Below, piece after piece: positions 1 to 12,908 of a stretch of 64,000 bases of DNA. The DNA comes from Isurus oxyrinchus (taxonomy: Eukaryota), in NCBI GenBank assembly GCA_026770705.1, contig JANJGN010000008.1, positions 73,346,001 to 73,410,000 of the forward strand. Direction: 5' to 3'. Positions within the stretch are counted from its first letter, which is position 1. Each line of letters opens with the position of its first letter. The position numbers and the translations under genes are program-made. The notes beneath the pieces were generated by a model. It was not told where the DNA came from and ran no database searches. It saw only the letters and a program-made list of their open reading frames with translations.

Positions 1-1485
1 GACGGTCCCCCCAATCAGTCAGGTGGAGTAGGGTGGAGGAGGATTGGGTTTCAGGCAGCCATGCAGCACACTAAACTCTGGCCATCCAATTGGTGGCCAG
101 CACTCTCTGGGATGCATTTAAAAGGTTTTCAAAAGTAACCAAGAGAGATTCTTAAAACACCCAAGCTAACTCACTGATCTCTCGCTTTCATCCTTCAGGA
201 GGAGTACATCAGCAATGTAGAGCCTGGTGACATGGCTGTATGCTTCATGGTTTACAGAGAGCAGAGATGAAGGAGAAGAGAGTGATGGAGGTGTCTGGCT
301 GGACAGATGGAGGAGTAGGACTCTCAAGAAGAAGGGGTAGCTGGGGCTCCCATGCTCGCCGCAGTGAGCCGCTGCTGGTTGGCAACTATAGATGGCGCTT
401 GTCATTCCTGCAGATGACTGAGAACCAGTGTCGCTGAAGACTATGCATGTCTAGGGAACTGGTTGGTCATATCTGCCACCTACTGCAGTATTTGGCACCA
501 CGTGGACATGGAGGGCATCCACTGCCAGTGGCCGTAAAAGTGATCACAGCGCTCAATTTTTACACCGCTGGGTCCTTTCAGGACTCCACAGATGATCGCT
601 GTGGGATATCGCAAGATTTCACCCATAGATGCATTCATGAAGTCACGGACGCCATATTTGTGAATGACTCCATTTTCAAAGTCCATGAGGACTTTGAATT
701 TCTGGCATTCAGTCTATGACCCCTCCCTTTTGTTATGTGCCAGCCTGTCCTGCATGAATTAAGATGGGGAGAGTGTAAACAGGATGCTTGCCAGCCCAGA
801 TGATAAGTATGCTTGGCATGTGTGGGTGCTGAGTGGTGCCATGGATGGGATGAGGACAATGAATGTGTGTGTGAAAGAGTAAATGGTGATGTCCCTTGAA
901 CTGACAATGAGTGAGATCCCTGTGGATGTGTGATGGGTTTGAGAATGAGAGTTGAGAGTGATGTGAAGAGTGACTTAGCCTTGCAGATCAGAAGGGACCA
1001 TTCATCCTTTTGCTGCACTGGATGTCCTCTTTTTCAGGGCATTGGCGCTGACCACCTCTGTCACCACCTCCCATGCCTCCCATGGTGGCCTTGCATGTTG
1101 GCCTTCACCCAGAGCAAGGATACAGGACATCGCAGCGGGCCTCCACTGTGCCCAGTTTGCACTCAAGACAGGTGTTACTAAATCTGGAGGCAGCATGTCT
1201 CCTTCCATTGGCAGCCATCAGTTCGCAGCAGCTTCCTATTCCTTGAAGAGTTCTAGCACTTTGCAGGGCGGCCTTTAAATATGGCGCCCAGTTTACTGAA
1301 GGTCTGATGTGAATGAGGTGGGTGGGTGAATGAGAGGACCAGCAACCTGGCGTATTTCCTGGGAATGCATGATTAATGGGGTGGGATTGGGACAATATAG
1401 CTTAAAAGACCATCATTATGGCCAGCGGATATCATTTTTCCCATCCCACTACTGCAATTCGTGCAAATCTGGGATGATTCTGCCC
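1..1485. mobile_element. Decayed, internally deleted PIF/Harbinger transposon (left end outside window)
   Basis: HARBI1-like N-terminal remnant on + (447-660: GHPLPVAVKVITALNFYTAGSFQ). Myb/SANT exon-1 remnant on - (~975-1200, WEAWEVVTEVVSANALKKRT), followed by a donor-like site (GCTAAGT on -). Ends in GATTCTGCCC at 1485, the terminus shared by other Harbinger copies here. Confidence 0.75.
380..660 (+). pseudogene. Harbinger transposase N-terminal (HTH) fragment
   Basis: ORF 447-719 matches the transposase remnants at 38518 and 50243 (HPxPVAxKVTxALNFYAxGSFQ...CGISQ). Confidence 0.75.
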
Positions 1486-2252
1486 ATAGTCTTAGAAGAC
1501 ATCCCATATCTAAAGACACATGAGACAGACAAAGCATGAGCTTATGTCTATTTACAGTAGCATGTTTCCCCCTAGACAGGTTGCTAGGCTGAAGCCAGGG
1601 GCTATTGCTTGAGAGGTATCACTCCACATCAAGACTGGCTGACCAGGAATCTCTCCCATCTTAACCACCTGCTATGGGATCTACAGGTTAACAATCAACA
1701 TGTTTGGTCATGTTACGAATGCACCTTTCTTGGCTGTCATGTCCTGGAGTGGGATTCGAACTCAGAGCTTTTGACTCAGAGGCAGGTATGCTAAAATCTA
1801 CCATTGTAACCATCCATTCCATATTCCTTCATATGCTTGTCTAGATCTCCCTTAAATGTATCCAAATGATTTTGATGGCTTCCTTCCCTACAATCCCAGT
1901 GGGTGGCCTCTTGTTGGTATAACCTAATTGCGGAGCATCTGCATCAAAGAGGTTCTGTCTTCTCCTTCTGCCATCTCTCTCCTGATGCTTCTGTTGTGGG
2001 TCACTCAAAATGAAAGGTTAAGGCCATGATCAAGTCTTGAGCAGCAAAGGAATTGTTTGGTTAGAAGTCAGTCAATGTGGTTGAATATTCTTCAAGGCAG
2101 GAAACATATGTCCCACAGAAGATACCACTTACCTTTCATGTCTCCGAAAACCTACTGCCACCTTAAGTTGCTGCAGGCTTATAAAACCACCAGCAACAAG
2201 TCTGTTCACCCATTTTATTCCTGCATTCTAGGGGCGTCATGTTCCTGGCTCA

Positions 2253-3347
2253 TGTTCTGAAACCATGCTTTATTAATAAACAAAGTTATTTTTGAATTTA
2301 CTGGCTGGAAACCCTTAAATTTTGTAAGAAAAAGACTAAAGCCAGATTCCAATGACTTGAGATCATAGTCAAAGATGGATGTACTTTTGCGTCACTGTAC
2401 CTTTCGCATTCCAAAATCCATTGAAATGGAGACAATCTGTCTAAAAAGCCAGACCAGGAACAATGGCCTTGAAAGAGGATAATTGGGGAGCCATCTCCTA
2501 TCCCATTAGCAATGGGTCCAGACCATCACTTGGGTACTCAGCTAGGTGGAGACAAATCATTAGATATAATCACTTGGTCCCTGGCTGAATGAGGAATTCC
2601 GAACCATGATCTAATCAGGTTACAATTAGAATACACTAGCCATAACCTTAATTGGATAACTGAGCAGTTAGAGAGAGAAGCTCATGTGGCAAGCCAACCC
2701 TTTTGTGTTTTAAGCACCAGTTTACTCCACAGAACTAACAAGCAACAGAGATGCTTAAGGAACAAGACCCAGAGTGGGTTCCTTCACTCTCTCCCTCCAT
2801 CCAGCTTTCACATTTGTGAACCCTGTCTGCTGATTTTTGACTACCCAGGTGCTGCAGACAGATTTTAAGAAGAACTCAACACAGCACTATTAACTCCAGA
2901 GGAGGAGATAATTTGTCCATCTACAACTTTAAGCCGCCTCGACATTGAAAGCAACAGGATCTCTGACAACAGCCTGAAGCCAACTGAGTCACCAACCTTC
3001 AAGAGCCATATACCCCTTTAATTTTGCTGGACTCCAATTACTTTATCTTCCTCACTCTGTAATCTGTTTGTGTGCACAGGTATGAGAACTTTGAATGTCT
3101 GTGTGTTAAAATGAGAGTGTTTTTGTTTATTATTTTTCTTAGAGTGGATTAAGTACAATAAAATCTATCCTCTTTTCTTTTTAAAAGCTCCAGAAAACCT
3201 GTCCGATTGTGTATTTTATGGTCACAGCACATAAATAGCTAAATACTCATGGAATTGACAAATATGTCCTTTTTAAATAAAAAACCTGTTGTGCTGAAAT
3301 GGAGAAAAGGGGAGAGCCATTCAACCACTCCTCACCTGATTGTAACA
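2253..3347 (+). mobile_element. Solo LTR (4-bp TSD family, Gypsy/ERV-like)
   Basis: Starts TGTT and ends TGTAACA; flanks CTCA/CCCA (4-bp TSD with one mismatch); AATAAA at ~3157 and ~3276. Terminal motif GGGAGCCA..TC..CTCCTCACC..TGTAACA is shared with copies at 15882, 24513 and 32457. Confidence 0.65.
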
Positions 3348-3589
3348 CCCACTAACGTCTATTTAAATATGCTGATCCCATGAACTCTAGTGAGGTGAGC
3401 AACACAAATCACTGGCAGTTGGTTGTGACCAGCTCACAAAACTGTGGTATTAAAAAAATGCAAATGTGGGTTTTTGGGGACTATATTTCCCAGTCCTAAA
3501 GTGGCCTAATCCTAAAATCAGCTGAATAATTCAGAGGCAAGAGTGGTACCAACTAAGCAAAGCTGACACTAGTGTAAGCATTAACACTC

Positions 3590-3858
3590 CCTTTATCTTG
3601 TGTCCCTGACATTTTTGTCAATCTTTCCTTAGCCCCACCTATTGCTGGCCTTCTGACCATCTTCATCTGTTCCACCCCCTTAAACAATATCAATTTCATC
3701 ACATTTCTACTTCTCTTTGGCTCCAAAGAAGAGCTGTACAGACTCAAAACGTAAACTCTTGTTTCTCTCTCCACAGATGCTGTCAGACCTGATGAGCTTT
3801 TCCAGCATTTTCTGTTTTTATTTCAGATTTCCAGCACCGACAGTATTTTGCTTTTATA
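3590..3858 (+). mobile_element. Old Penelope-derived short element (pLTR remnant with degenerate hammerhead and hairpin)
   Basis: ...GACTCAAAACGTAAACTC...CAGATGCTGTCAGACCTGATGAG...ATTTCCAGCA is homologous to the pLTR 3' end of the young Penelope copies. Confidence 0.65.
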
Positions 3859-5269
3859 CTAGCTTAGGTATGCTATATTAGCTTCTTTATTTGTTCATAC
3901 TATGCTGCTCCAAGTGTATTTTCCCTTTTAATTAAGTTTTCACTGTCCAGCAAAGAAGAAAAAATGAAGATACTGACATTGCTGTGCCCTGTGGATTATA
4001 GATACATAAGAATAAATTGTAAAAGGAGTTTTTTCTATCGATCCTTCAGTTACTGCCTCTGTGTTCTCCTTGGCTCACACTATTACTTGGCCTAAAAGAC
4101 AGTATGTGACCTTCTCTTCAGCCTTTGCTTCTGCCATCCTGTTACAAACATATAAAGTTCATTTGAGTGGATCAAGGAGCTTTCCAATTGTGTTCCTGCT
4201 GTCAGTAATGGGTTTCCATTCAACATCGTACTAATATGCAGAGATTGGTAAGTTGCCACTGGGAAATCACACAGCACTCCAAAACGTATTGTATGGCTAT
4301 ACTATTGGCCACTAACATTATTGATAATTAATAATTTAGAGTAATTATCCCTTTCAGTTACAGATTTCGCATGCTTCATTCCCAACAGTGCTGTTAACAG
4401 ATATAAATAAAAATGAATTCTCGCAATATAGAATATCCTCCCTATATTATATTGCAGCATTTAGAGGCTAATTACAATGGCTACCTACTGAAACTACTTC
4501 CTCCAATGGAAATTAACTGCCTCAAGAGCAAAAGTTTAAAATGATGTGTAGTGCTGTGGGTAGAGGGGAGTATTTCTGCAATGTTTGAATTTCATGGTAA
4601 AAGTTGTTGAGTAAGCAATAAGAAATGTAATTGTCTGCAAGTCAAAGTGGGAATTCACACAGCAAAACTGACATTCAGTTTGCCCAAAACAATTTATTTT
4701 CTGATTGTACTTGACAAACAGAGTGTCACCTTTTTCTGCTCTCAATTCCACCGAAAGATCAGTGCATTCCCCACAGAGACGGAATGAAACCTATCTTAAT
4801 GATCACCTTCCTAGAGAAGTCAGGAGCATTTCAGTCCATTTTTTTCCCCATTTATTAAGAACAAACTCTTTGCTGTATTGCAAGTTATATTTTCAGCATG
4901 CAAGGTCAGATTTTCATCTAAGGTTAAATACCAGTAATAATAAAAGTAAAAGCAAAAACAGAGGATCAGTAGTTCAATTTAACATTCTTAGGCCATAATG
5001 CATATTTACAATGGAAACAAACTCAAACACAAAACAGATATGTGCTTCGCATTGTTGATGATGCGTTAAGCATAGTCCAGGCCTATATCATTCTGTCCCA
5101 ACCCTTCCAACATACACTTGAAATTTTAGGGTTTCTTGTTTCCTTTCATTATTGTCTTCTTCAGTTCTCTGCCTGAAGTCATGTCCAACCCACTGCACTG
5201 CGATCTCTACCACCGGAAGAGCAAGGAGGCAAGTCCTGAATCCACCCCAGCCAGAAAGGGAAAATTGAA

Positions 5270-5415
5270 CTCTCTGCTCATCTCAGTCTTAAATGGAGAC
5301 CCGTTATTTTGAAGCTATGCCCCATAGTTCTAGACTCCCTCATGAGGGGAGACATCCTCCCAGCATCTACCTTGTCAAGCCCCATCAGAACTTTACATGT
5401 TTCAATGAGGTCATT
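5270..5415 (-). mobile_element. CR1 LINE (family A) RT C-terminal fragment
   Basis: Reverse complement resembles the 5600-5760 CR1 3' region (GLDKVDAGRM...ESRTMGHS). Confidence 0.6.
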
Positions 5416-5597
5416 ATTTCTGTGTCTTCCATCTCTCTTTTAACTGCATCTTGCTTTCCCTCTCTTACTTCTGCTTTCTGCACATGATTTTACATTGAAA
5501 TAAAAACCTAACTTAAACTGCCTGGTTTAGACTTTATATGGTTAAGGAGATGCTCTGTTGTTTGTCAGTTTGTCACTGGGCCTGGATTCACTGCAGC

Positions 5598-5995
5598 TTA
5601 GAAGAATGAAAGGACCTCATTAAAATGTATAAAATTCTGACAGGGTTGGACAATCTGGATGCAGGGATGATGCTTCCTCTGGCTTGGGGGTCTAGAACAA
5701 GGGGTCATAGTCTCAGGATATGGGGTAGACCATTTAGGACTGAGATGAGAAGGAATTTTTTCACTCAGGGTGGTGAACCTGTGGAATTCTCTACCACAGA
5801 AAGCTGTGGAGGTCAAGTCACTGAATATAGTTATGAAGGAAATAAATTTCTAGATTCTAAAGGGATCAAGAGGCATGGGGAGTCAGTGGGAGTACAGTGT
5901 TGAGATAAAGGATCAGCTGTGATCATATTGAATGGCGGAGGAGGCTTGAAGGGCTGATTTACCTACTCCTGCTCCTATTTTCTATGTTTCTATGT
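5598..5995 (+). mobile_element. CR1 LINE (family A) 3' fragment
   Basis: YKILTGLDNLDAGMMLPLAWGSRTRGHSLRI...RRNFFTQ is the CR1 ORF2 C-terminus; the 3'UTR ends in (TTTCTATG)n. Confidence 0.85.
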
Positions 5996-6690
5996 GTCAG
6001 TGGAATGAGAAACAAGCACCATTTGCCATTAACCACAAAAACAGGGCCATTATTTTTTTGGGAGTCACCTGTGAGAGCCTTTGTTTCAGGTAAGTATTGA
6101 GAAGAATTGTTCAACTGTCAGCAGATCAGAAGAGTTCCACTGACCAATTATATTCAGGTTGGATAATGGTACAGTTCACTGCACACATAAGCAGAGCCTT
6201 GCTTCCCTGATAGTAAATCCCTGATAGTAAGCGGTCATTAGCAATTTCTCGACCCAGCTCAATGCCCTATTGGAGTGACACTTCATGTAATGTCAAACCC
6301 AAGTATGACATGACCTCCTGAAGGGATTCCAACACTCCAGGTACACAGAATCCAATCCCACTGTCCCTACCTTGGGACTCCACCGTCATTTAAAAGAAAT
6401 GGGTTTCAGACCTTTTTTTGGTGACTTCTTGCAAATATTGGGACATTCTCGGATGCCTGCAAATATCTTCCAGAAATCTTTTGTAAATATTAAGAGTCTG
6501 AGGGAATCCTTGTAAACATTACCACATCTGGAGATGCTATCCAACATTAGAGGCCTGTATGAAAGTATTGACACATTTTCAGAAACTCCCTGTGCTAATT
6601 TCCAGAAGACAAGTCCACCTGACCAAAGGCAAACACTGTCAACCATTACGGTAAAATTATGCTTATTAGGAGATGCAGAACTGAAACAGT

Positions 6691-7460
6691 AGGTGGAATC
6701 TTGTTGTAGCATCGAGGAGTCTCAGCTGCCAGCTGGAGATCCGGTAAGGACCCACAGTGCCTCTCCTTAGGAAGGCCCTTCCCCTGGAATCAAGATCCTG
6801 GGGGCAGGAGACCCACCTAGCAAGGGCTGTTGGCCAATCAAAGGCTGGCAGCCTTTGCATTCAGCAGCGATGCTGAGGAAGGTGTGGCTGCTGCTGGAAG
6901 GACAGCCACCACCCCCCCTCAACCCCTCACAACCCCCGACACCCACTAGAGTCCCAGGATTGTGGAAGATGCAGGCTATAGGTATGTCATGTGGTTGGAG
7001 GTGTGGGGGGTGGGGTGGTGGGAAACAGTGGTGGTGGTTTCGTGGGTGGGGGATGTAGGGAGAGGAAGGCAAGGGTGTCAGAAGCAAGGGAAGATGGGTG
7101 GCTCTCAGTCAGTCACCCCTACCACTCCCTCAATCAGGAACTGATTGCTTTTGATCAAAAGCCTCCCCCACCACCTCCCCAAGGTGAATAGCAGCCCATA
7201 CAGGTTCACCTGATATGTACACCACATGGCGACAGGCCCACTTGCAGTTGGGTTAAGCGCTGGTGGGATGAGGCCCTTAAGTAGTCATTAACTGGCCATT
7301 TAAAGGGCCCTAATTGGTGGTGGGGCAGGAAGGTCGACCTTGATCCTTCCCGGCCAGAATGTAATTCTGAAGGAGGTGGTGTCCTGGTACACTACCCCAT
7401 CTAAGTAAATGCCCTGCCCACTTCCAAGCTCATCACAAGTGAGAGCAGAAGATTCTGCCC
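6691..7460. mobile_element. Non-autonomous Harbinger-type element (MITE-like)
   Basis: Imperfect TIRs AGGTGGAATCTT / AAGATTCTGCCC; flanks AGT/ACT; internal palindrome GGCCCTTAAGT...ATTTAAAGGGCC; homologous to 46060-46661 and 21256-22410. Confidence 0.6.
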
Positions 7461-8104
7461 ACTGTGTGAGAAGCCAATGAGTACAGAGATCTGAAGATGA
7501 ATGGTCAGAAATCCAGTGAATGTGAGAACTCTCTGGCATCCCTTCATGCTCACCTTGCTACCTGAAGACCCTAGCACGAAACCTTAGCCCATTCCTGCTA
7601 CATCAGCGACATTAGATTTACTGACAATTTGCATCAGTCTTCAACTGAATTGCAATCTTTGTTTCCATCTTGACAAGTGGGAAGGTCATTCAGCTCTAGG
7701 TTCCAGTTTAAAAAGCAGTCCCTGCTTTATTAGTGTGCCTCAGGATACCTGCTGCCTCTTCCAAATATTCATACTAGTCAGGGTAGCGCAAGAAGAGGTG
7801 AGCCAAACCGTTACACGCAATCTGATTCAAATCATAACTTCTCCAAAAAAACACAGTACACGCATCTGACATAAACTCTGACTGACCTGGAAGACTGGGT
7901 TGCAGGAAGTAAAATCTCTGAGTGTCATATTAGAATGCGAATGCTTGTCAAATTCCTCTCTCTGCAACTTGAATGGAGATGTCAAGCCATTTAAAATAAA
8001 CATGTTACAGCTTCAGTTGAAACTTGCGAGAAAGGGGTTTCACATTCAAGCATTAAGCATTCATATATTATTCCACAATGCAAATGCAGTCTGAGAATAG
8101 AGGT

Positions 8105-8753
8105 TGAATTGTTCCAGTGAAGCCCAACGCAAACTGGAGGAACAACACCTCATCTTCCGACTAGGCACTTTACAGCCTTCCAGACTGAATATTGAATTCA
8201 ACAACTTTAGGTCTTGAGCTCCCCCCTCCATCCCCACCCCCTTTCTGTTTCCCCCTTCCTTTTGTTTTTTTCCAATAAATTATATAGATTTTTCTTTTCC
8301 CACCTATTTCCATTATTTTTAAATATTTTTAAATCTTTTATGCTCTCCCCACCCCCAGTAGAGCTATACCTTGAGTGCCCTACCATCCATTCTTAATTAG
8401 CACATTTGTTTAGATAATATCACCAACTTTAACACCTCTGTGTTCTTTTGTCCTGTTGTTTGTGACATCTTTTGATGATCTGCTTCTATCACTGCTTTTG
8501 CCTACAACCACACCAACCCCCTCCACTTCTCTCTCTCTCTCTCTCCCGCAGCCCCCCCCCCCCCCCCACACCTTAAACAAGCTTATATTTCAACTCTTTC
8601 TTGGACTCGAACTCAAGTTCTGTCGAAGGGTCATGAGGACTCGAAACATCAACTCTTTTCTTCTCCGCCGATGCTGCCAGACCTGCTGAGTTTTTCCAGG
8701 TAATTCTGTTTTTGTTTTGGATTTCCAGCATCCGCAGTTTTTTTGTTTTTATC
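8105..8753 (+). mobile_element. 5'-truncated Penelope-like element (GIY-YIG C-terminus + pLTR)
   Basis: Begins CSSEAQRKLEEQHLIFRLGTLQPS; 15-bp TSD TCTGAGAATAGAGGT at 8090-8104 and 8754-8768; near-identical to the 51269 and 54520 pLTRs. Confidence 0.92.
8616..8654 (+). ncRNA. Minimal hammerhead-ribozyme motif (Penelope-associated), variant core
   Basis: AGTT-CTGTCGA-A-GGGTC(ATGAG)GACTC-GAAACATC-AACT: stem I AGTT/AACT, stem II of 5 bp, GAAA core. Confidence 0.6.
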
Positions 8754-10104
8754 TCTGAGAATAGAGGTGTTATGTGACTGTTGAGAGAACTAGAAACACT
8801 GGAGGGCAGGCTTTCTGAATCCAGTATTGCCGGAAGGTCATGCAAACAGCACCAAAAGGTATTAGGAAAACAGGCAGCATTGACAAGACATGTAATCAGC
8901 GTGAGACATTGCCAGCCATTGATAGAATCCCCATACTGAGATGCAATGACTCAAAGGAAGTGCTGCATACTAAGACAAAGAGAACCTTGGTAACATCATC
9001 CTCTATCTTAATGAAAAAAGTGACAGTGTAAAATCTTGTGTAGTGAAGTGGTGATCACTCACTCCAGCTCTGCTGAGAGGAGAAGAAATAGCATTCTTGA
9101 ACAGTCTTAAAATTTCACATCCATTGTTACATTTCCAGTGTATCACCTGGGGTAAAACCATTATCTCATTGTGTGAATTGGGCTTGAGCAATTGAGGCCA
9201 CTTTTCTGCCTGTTTCTGAATAACCCCAACATCTCGTGTCCATCAGAAACCAGCGACAGACATCTGTGGCTACTTGCTCTTAAAGGAGCCCACCTCTGCT
9301 AAACTATCTGGAAACCATTTTCAAATTGTTTATATTGTTATGGACAATGATAAGATTATATAAATCCTGTGAATTAAAAAACAAATCAGCACTATGCCAC
9401 TGGTGCTGGTGGCACCATGAACTCAATGATACATGATCACTGTCACTAAGCCCTGTCAATAATATACCAGGACAATCTTGGTGAATCTTTCTCTGATTTC
9501 ACATTGTATAACATAAACAGAAACCCTCGGCAAACTTGAACATCTCCAAACCAAACGACTGACAAATCCATATAAATAAAGTTGCTGATTGTTTAGTGTA
9601 CTAGAATAAGAAGTAAATAAAGAGCTCTTGTCAAGAGCTTTCTGTCCCGCTCCTCCTTCCTCTTGTGGCAACTCATTCTGGCTTTTGCTTAGTCTCCCAA
9701 TCATACTTGATTTTAAGATTAAAGCCTATTATCACACCCATGTCTAGAAGCGACTGGTTTGTGCAGAAACCTTGAAGACAGCAAAAATCTCCATATATCT
9801 CCCTGTCGAATTTTGCAACGTGAAACAATTATAAAAAGCACCAATCATCTGTAGAATTGCCCCAACACCCATAAAAAATAAACCAGCAATTAACCTGTAA
9901 ATAGTTGTGAATTCTTTAAAAAGTGCTGATGAGGGTGTCCTTCACACTGCTTAACATGTTTACAGCTGTGCAAGGTTAAGGGATGGCATCAACAGGAGCT
10001 TGGAGCACAAAGCCTGTAGCACTGTCATCAAATTAGCATTGCCAGCTGATTGGCATCCTGATCTGACCTCTCCACATACTTGTGGCAGACATTAAATGTG
10101 CTCC

Positions 10105-10825
10105 TAACCAAGTTGTTCCAGTACCACTCAACCTGACAACTACAAGGCAATATGGAAAATTGCCAAAAAATCAAGACAAATCCAACCTGGCCAATTACCA
10201 TCCCATTACAAGAGGCTACAAGATCAGGTCAGACACTGGGAACTTTGCCGGTAAGTAACTCATCTATTGACTCACCAAAACCTGTCCACCATCTATAAGG
10301 CACAAGTCATAAGTGTGATGGAATACTCTCCACTTGCCTGGATGAGTGCAACTCCAACAACGTTCAAGAAGCTGTACACCGTACAGGGTAAAGCAGCCCA
10401 CCTGATTGGCACCCCATGCACCATCTTAATTATTCACACCCTCCACCAACGATGCACAGTGGCAGCAGTGTGTACCATTTACAACATCCACTGCAGCAAC
10501 TCACCAAGGATCCTTCAACGACACCTTCAAAACCCACAACCTCTCTCAGCTAGAAGAACAAGGGCAGCTGGTGCATGGCAACATCACCATCTGCAAATTC
10601 CTCTCTGTCACACACTATCTGAATTGGAACTGTATTGTTGTTCCTTCATTGTTGCTGGCAAATCTTGGAATTCTCTTCCTAACAGCACTGTGAGTGTATG
10701 TCCACCACATGGACTGCAATGGTTCAAGAAGGCAGCTCACCACCACCTTCTCAAGGGCAACTAGGGATGGGCAATAAATGCTGGCATTGCCAGCAATGCT
10801 CACATCCTGCGAATGAATAAAATAA
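10105..10825 (+). mobile_element. CR1-clade LINE (family B) 3' fragment
   Basis: ORF 10267-10764 (IYKAQV..VMEYSPLAWMSATPT...KKAAHHHLLKGN); 3' end GGGATGGGCAATAAATGCTGG...GAATGAATAAA; homologous copies elsewhere in the window. Confidence 0.85.
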
Positions 10826-12908
10826 ATATGCTAATCCCTTAAATAAGATGGCATTTGATGCACTTTGCATCCAAAGCATGCACACAGTCCATGGACACTA
10901 TCTTGTAACTCTAAAGGCACTTGAAGTGCCAATTCCAATTTATCATCATTTCTGTTTTTAAGTCTGGTTTCTGCTCACAACTTGATTTAAATTGCTGATT
11001 GCCATAATTTGATTTTGCCTGGTGGCATTAAGATAGACACCTACAGGTTTAGCAATCAAGTAATTGGAGCAATTTTCAAGGAGCAGTAAATGTCGGCTCG
11101 ACCAACCCACTTTCTCTGAATGTGTGCAGTGTGCTGGCAGATTACAGGATGGCTAAAGAACTGTGTGACAGAGTACATGGATTCTCTGATGCAGCACTGG
11201 AATTCCAAAGGAGGGGGGCTGTCCTGTATCCACAGTGAGGAAGGAGTCCACCTCCCTTTTTGTCCCCCTCTCCTTCAGCAGTTGGTGTTGCTTTACCTGG
11301 TCTTATATCTTCCTCTCATTCCTCTTGCAGATCAAGTATTCCCATATAGCAAGCTGTCTGTGATCCCTTTTCCCTATAAGGTGTCCAATGAGGAAAAGTA
11401 GCACAACTTTATCTGAAGTCCACACAAAATTTACAGAATAAATGTCAGTGGAGTATTGATGATGTCTGTACAAAGTGTCACAGAAAGTCTCCTGATGTAT
11501 TTCAAAATCTTTGTCAAATTTCTAGCTGCAAGTGAACTGTAAAAGATGATGGATCTTTAACTCGTGCTCTGGTCACTGTTAGGAAACTGTGTTAGGTCAA
11601 GCGCTATCCACAAAAATGCCATGCATCTTACTTAATGAGCACTAACAGGTAACTTAAATGAAAGCCAGCTTCTTAACAATCCATCGGATGGCCGTTTCTA
11701 ATGCAAGCTTTGACTCCTTCTGCAAGATGCCATCTTGTGCAAAACATAGGCTAAACCAGCTTTTAAACCCAGGGCCTTAATCTGACCACCTTGGAGCTCT
11801 TTAGCTCCTGAAGGAGCCATCAAGATTTACCTCCAAAACAAATGAATTGTGAAGCAGGATTTAAACCCATAACCCTCTGAGTTAGAGGAGAGAGTCAGGC
11901 TGACAGCAGTGGGACATAGTGGGTTTCCATAGTTTTGGTAACACACAGTTAAAGCTCTAGAATGTACAGAATGTGGAGGAGAAAACATCCCACTGAGTTG
12001 AACACACAAATCCTTGTAGTATTTCTCAATCATTGTAATAAATAGCACTAACCCACTCACCCATGCTGGCAATATTGCTTCCTCTTTCTTGTCTGGGCTG
12101 ACATTTAATACAAGGTAGCACTGGGGTAACAGATGGCAACTGTTTACATTCTATAGCTGTTATTGGTTCAAATTTAATGAACTATGAATTTTTTTTTACT
12201 ACAACAATATGTTTCCTGGAATGCCTGATGGAACAGTTCAGTGTTCTGAAAGAATTCAGCCATGTTCAGCACAGTTACCTTATTCTTGACTAAATATGAA
12301 GGCTGGGACAAAGCTGTACCAATAGAAAGCCTCCTAAATGTTAACTCTCGACTGACCAGGTGTGTCAAACTGAGCAGCAGTGCTAAAGCGTGCATATATT
12401 CTGTAGAATTTGATTAGTTAGATATTAGTTGAGTGTTCATCCAAGTGAACTAATTATGTCTTTTCTGCAGAAATGAACCTGCTAGGCTGGAAAGAGTTAC
12501 ATTATTGCTATAAGTCAAAAATAAATCAAAGCAGAAACAGAACATAATGAGTCTCGTAGGGGATGCATTGATCATTGAGACAATATGCACTGTGTTCAGT
12601 TATTGACTCAATGTGTTTAATTTTAAAATAATAGATATGTCTACACAATTTATAATCATTTAATTGCATTTGTACACTTACTTTTCATAAAGTTTCTGAA
12701 TTCTACTGTTATGGCATCAGGACCGCTGTCTGTTTTTCATGATTACTCTCCTAGGTGACAATGGAAATTAGGAATGTCTGAACGCAACAGGCAATCAGCT
12801 TGCTGGGGGAAGCACAACACTGGGAAGAATGTAAATCTCCAAGCAGGATTGCCAATTGATGCCCATGAGGCGCCATTAGATTGATAGTTCTACATCATGG
12901 TGTCATAA

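Noticed and set aside
1735-1795. tRNA gene (B-box-like sequence on the minus strand; also ~11850 and 61023)
   Set aside because: No complete cloverleaf; matches the tRNA-derived SINE head.
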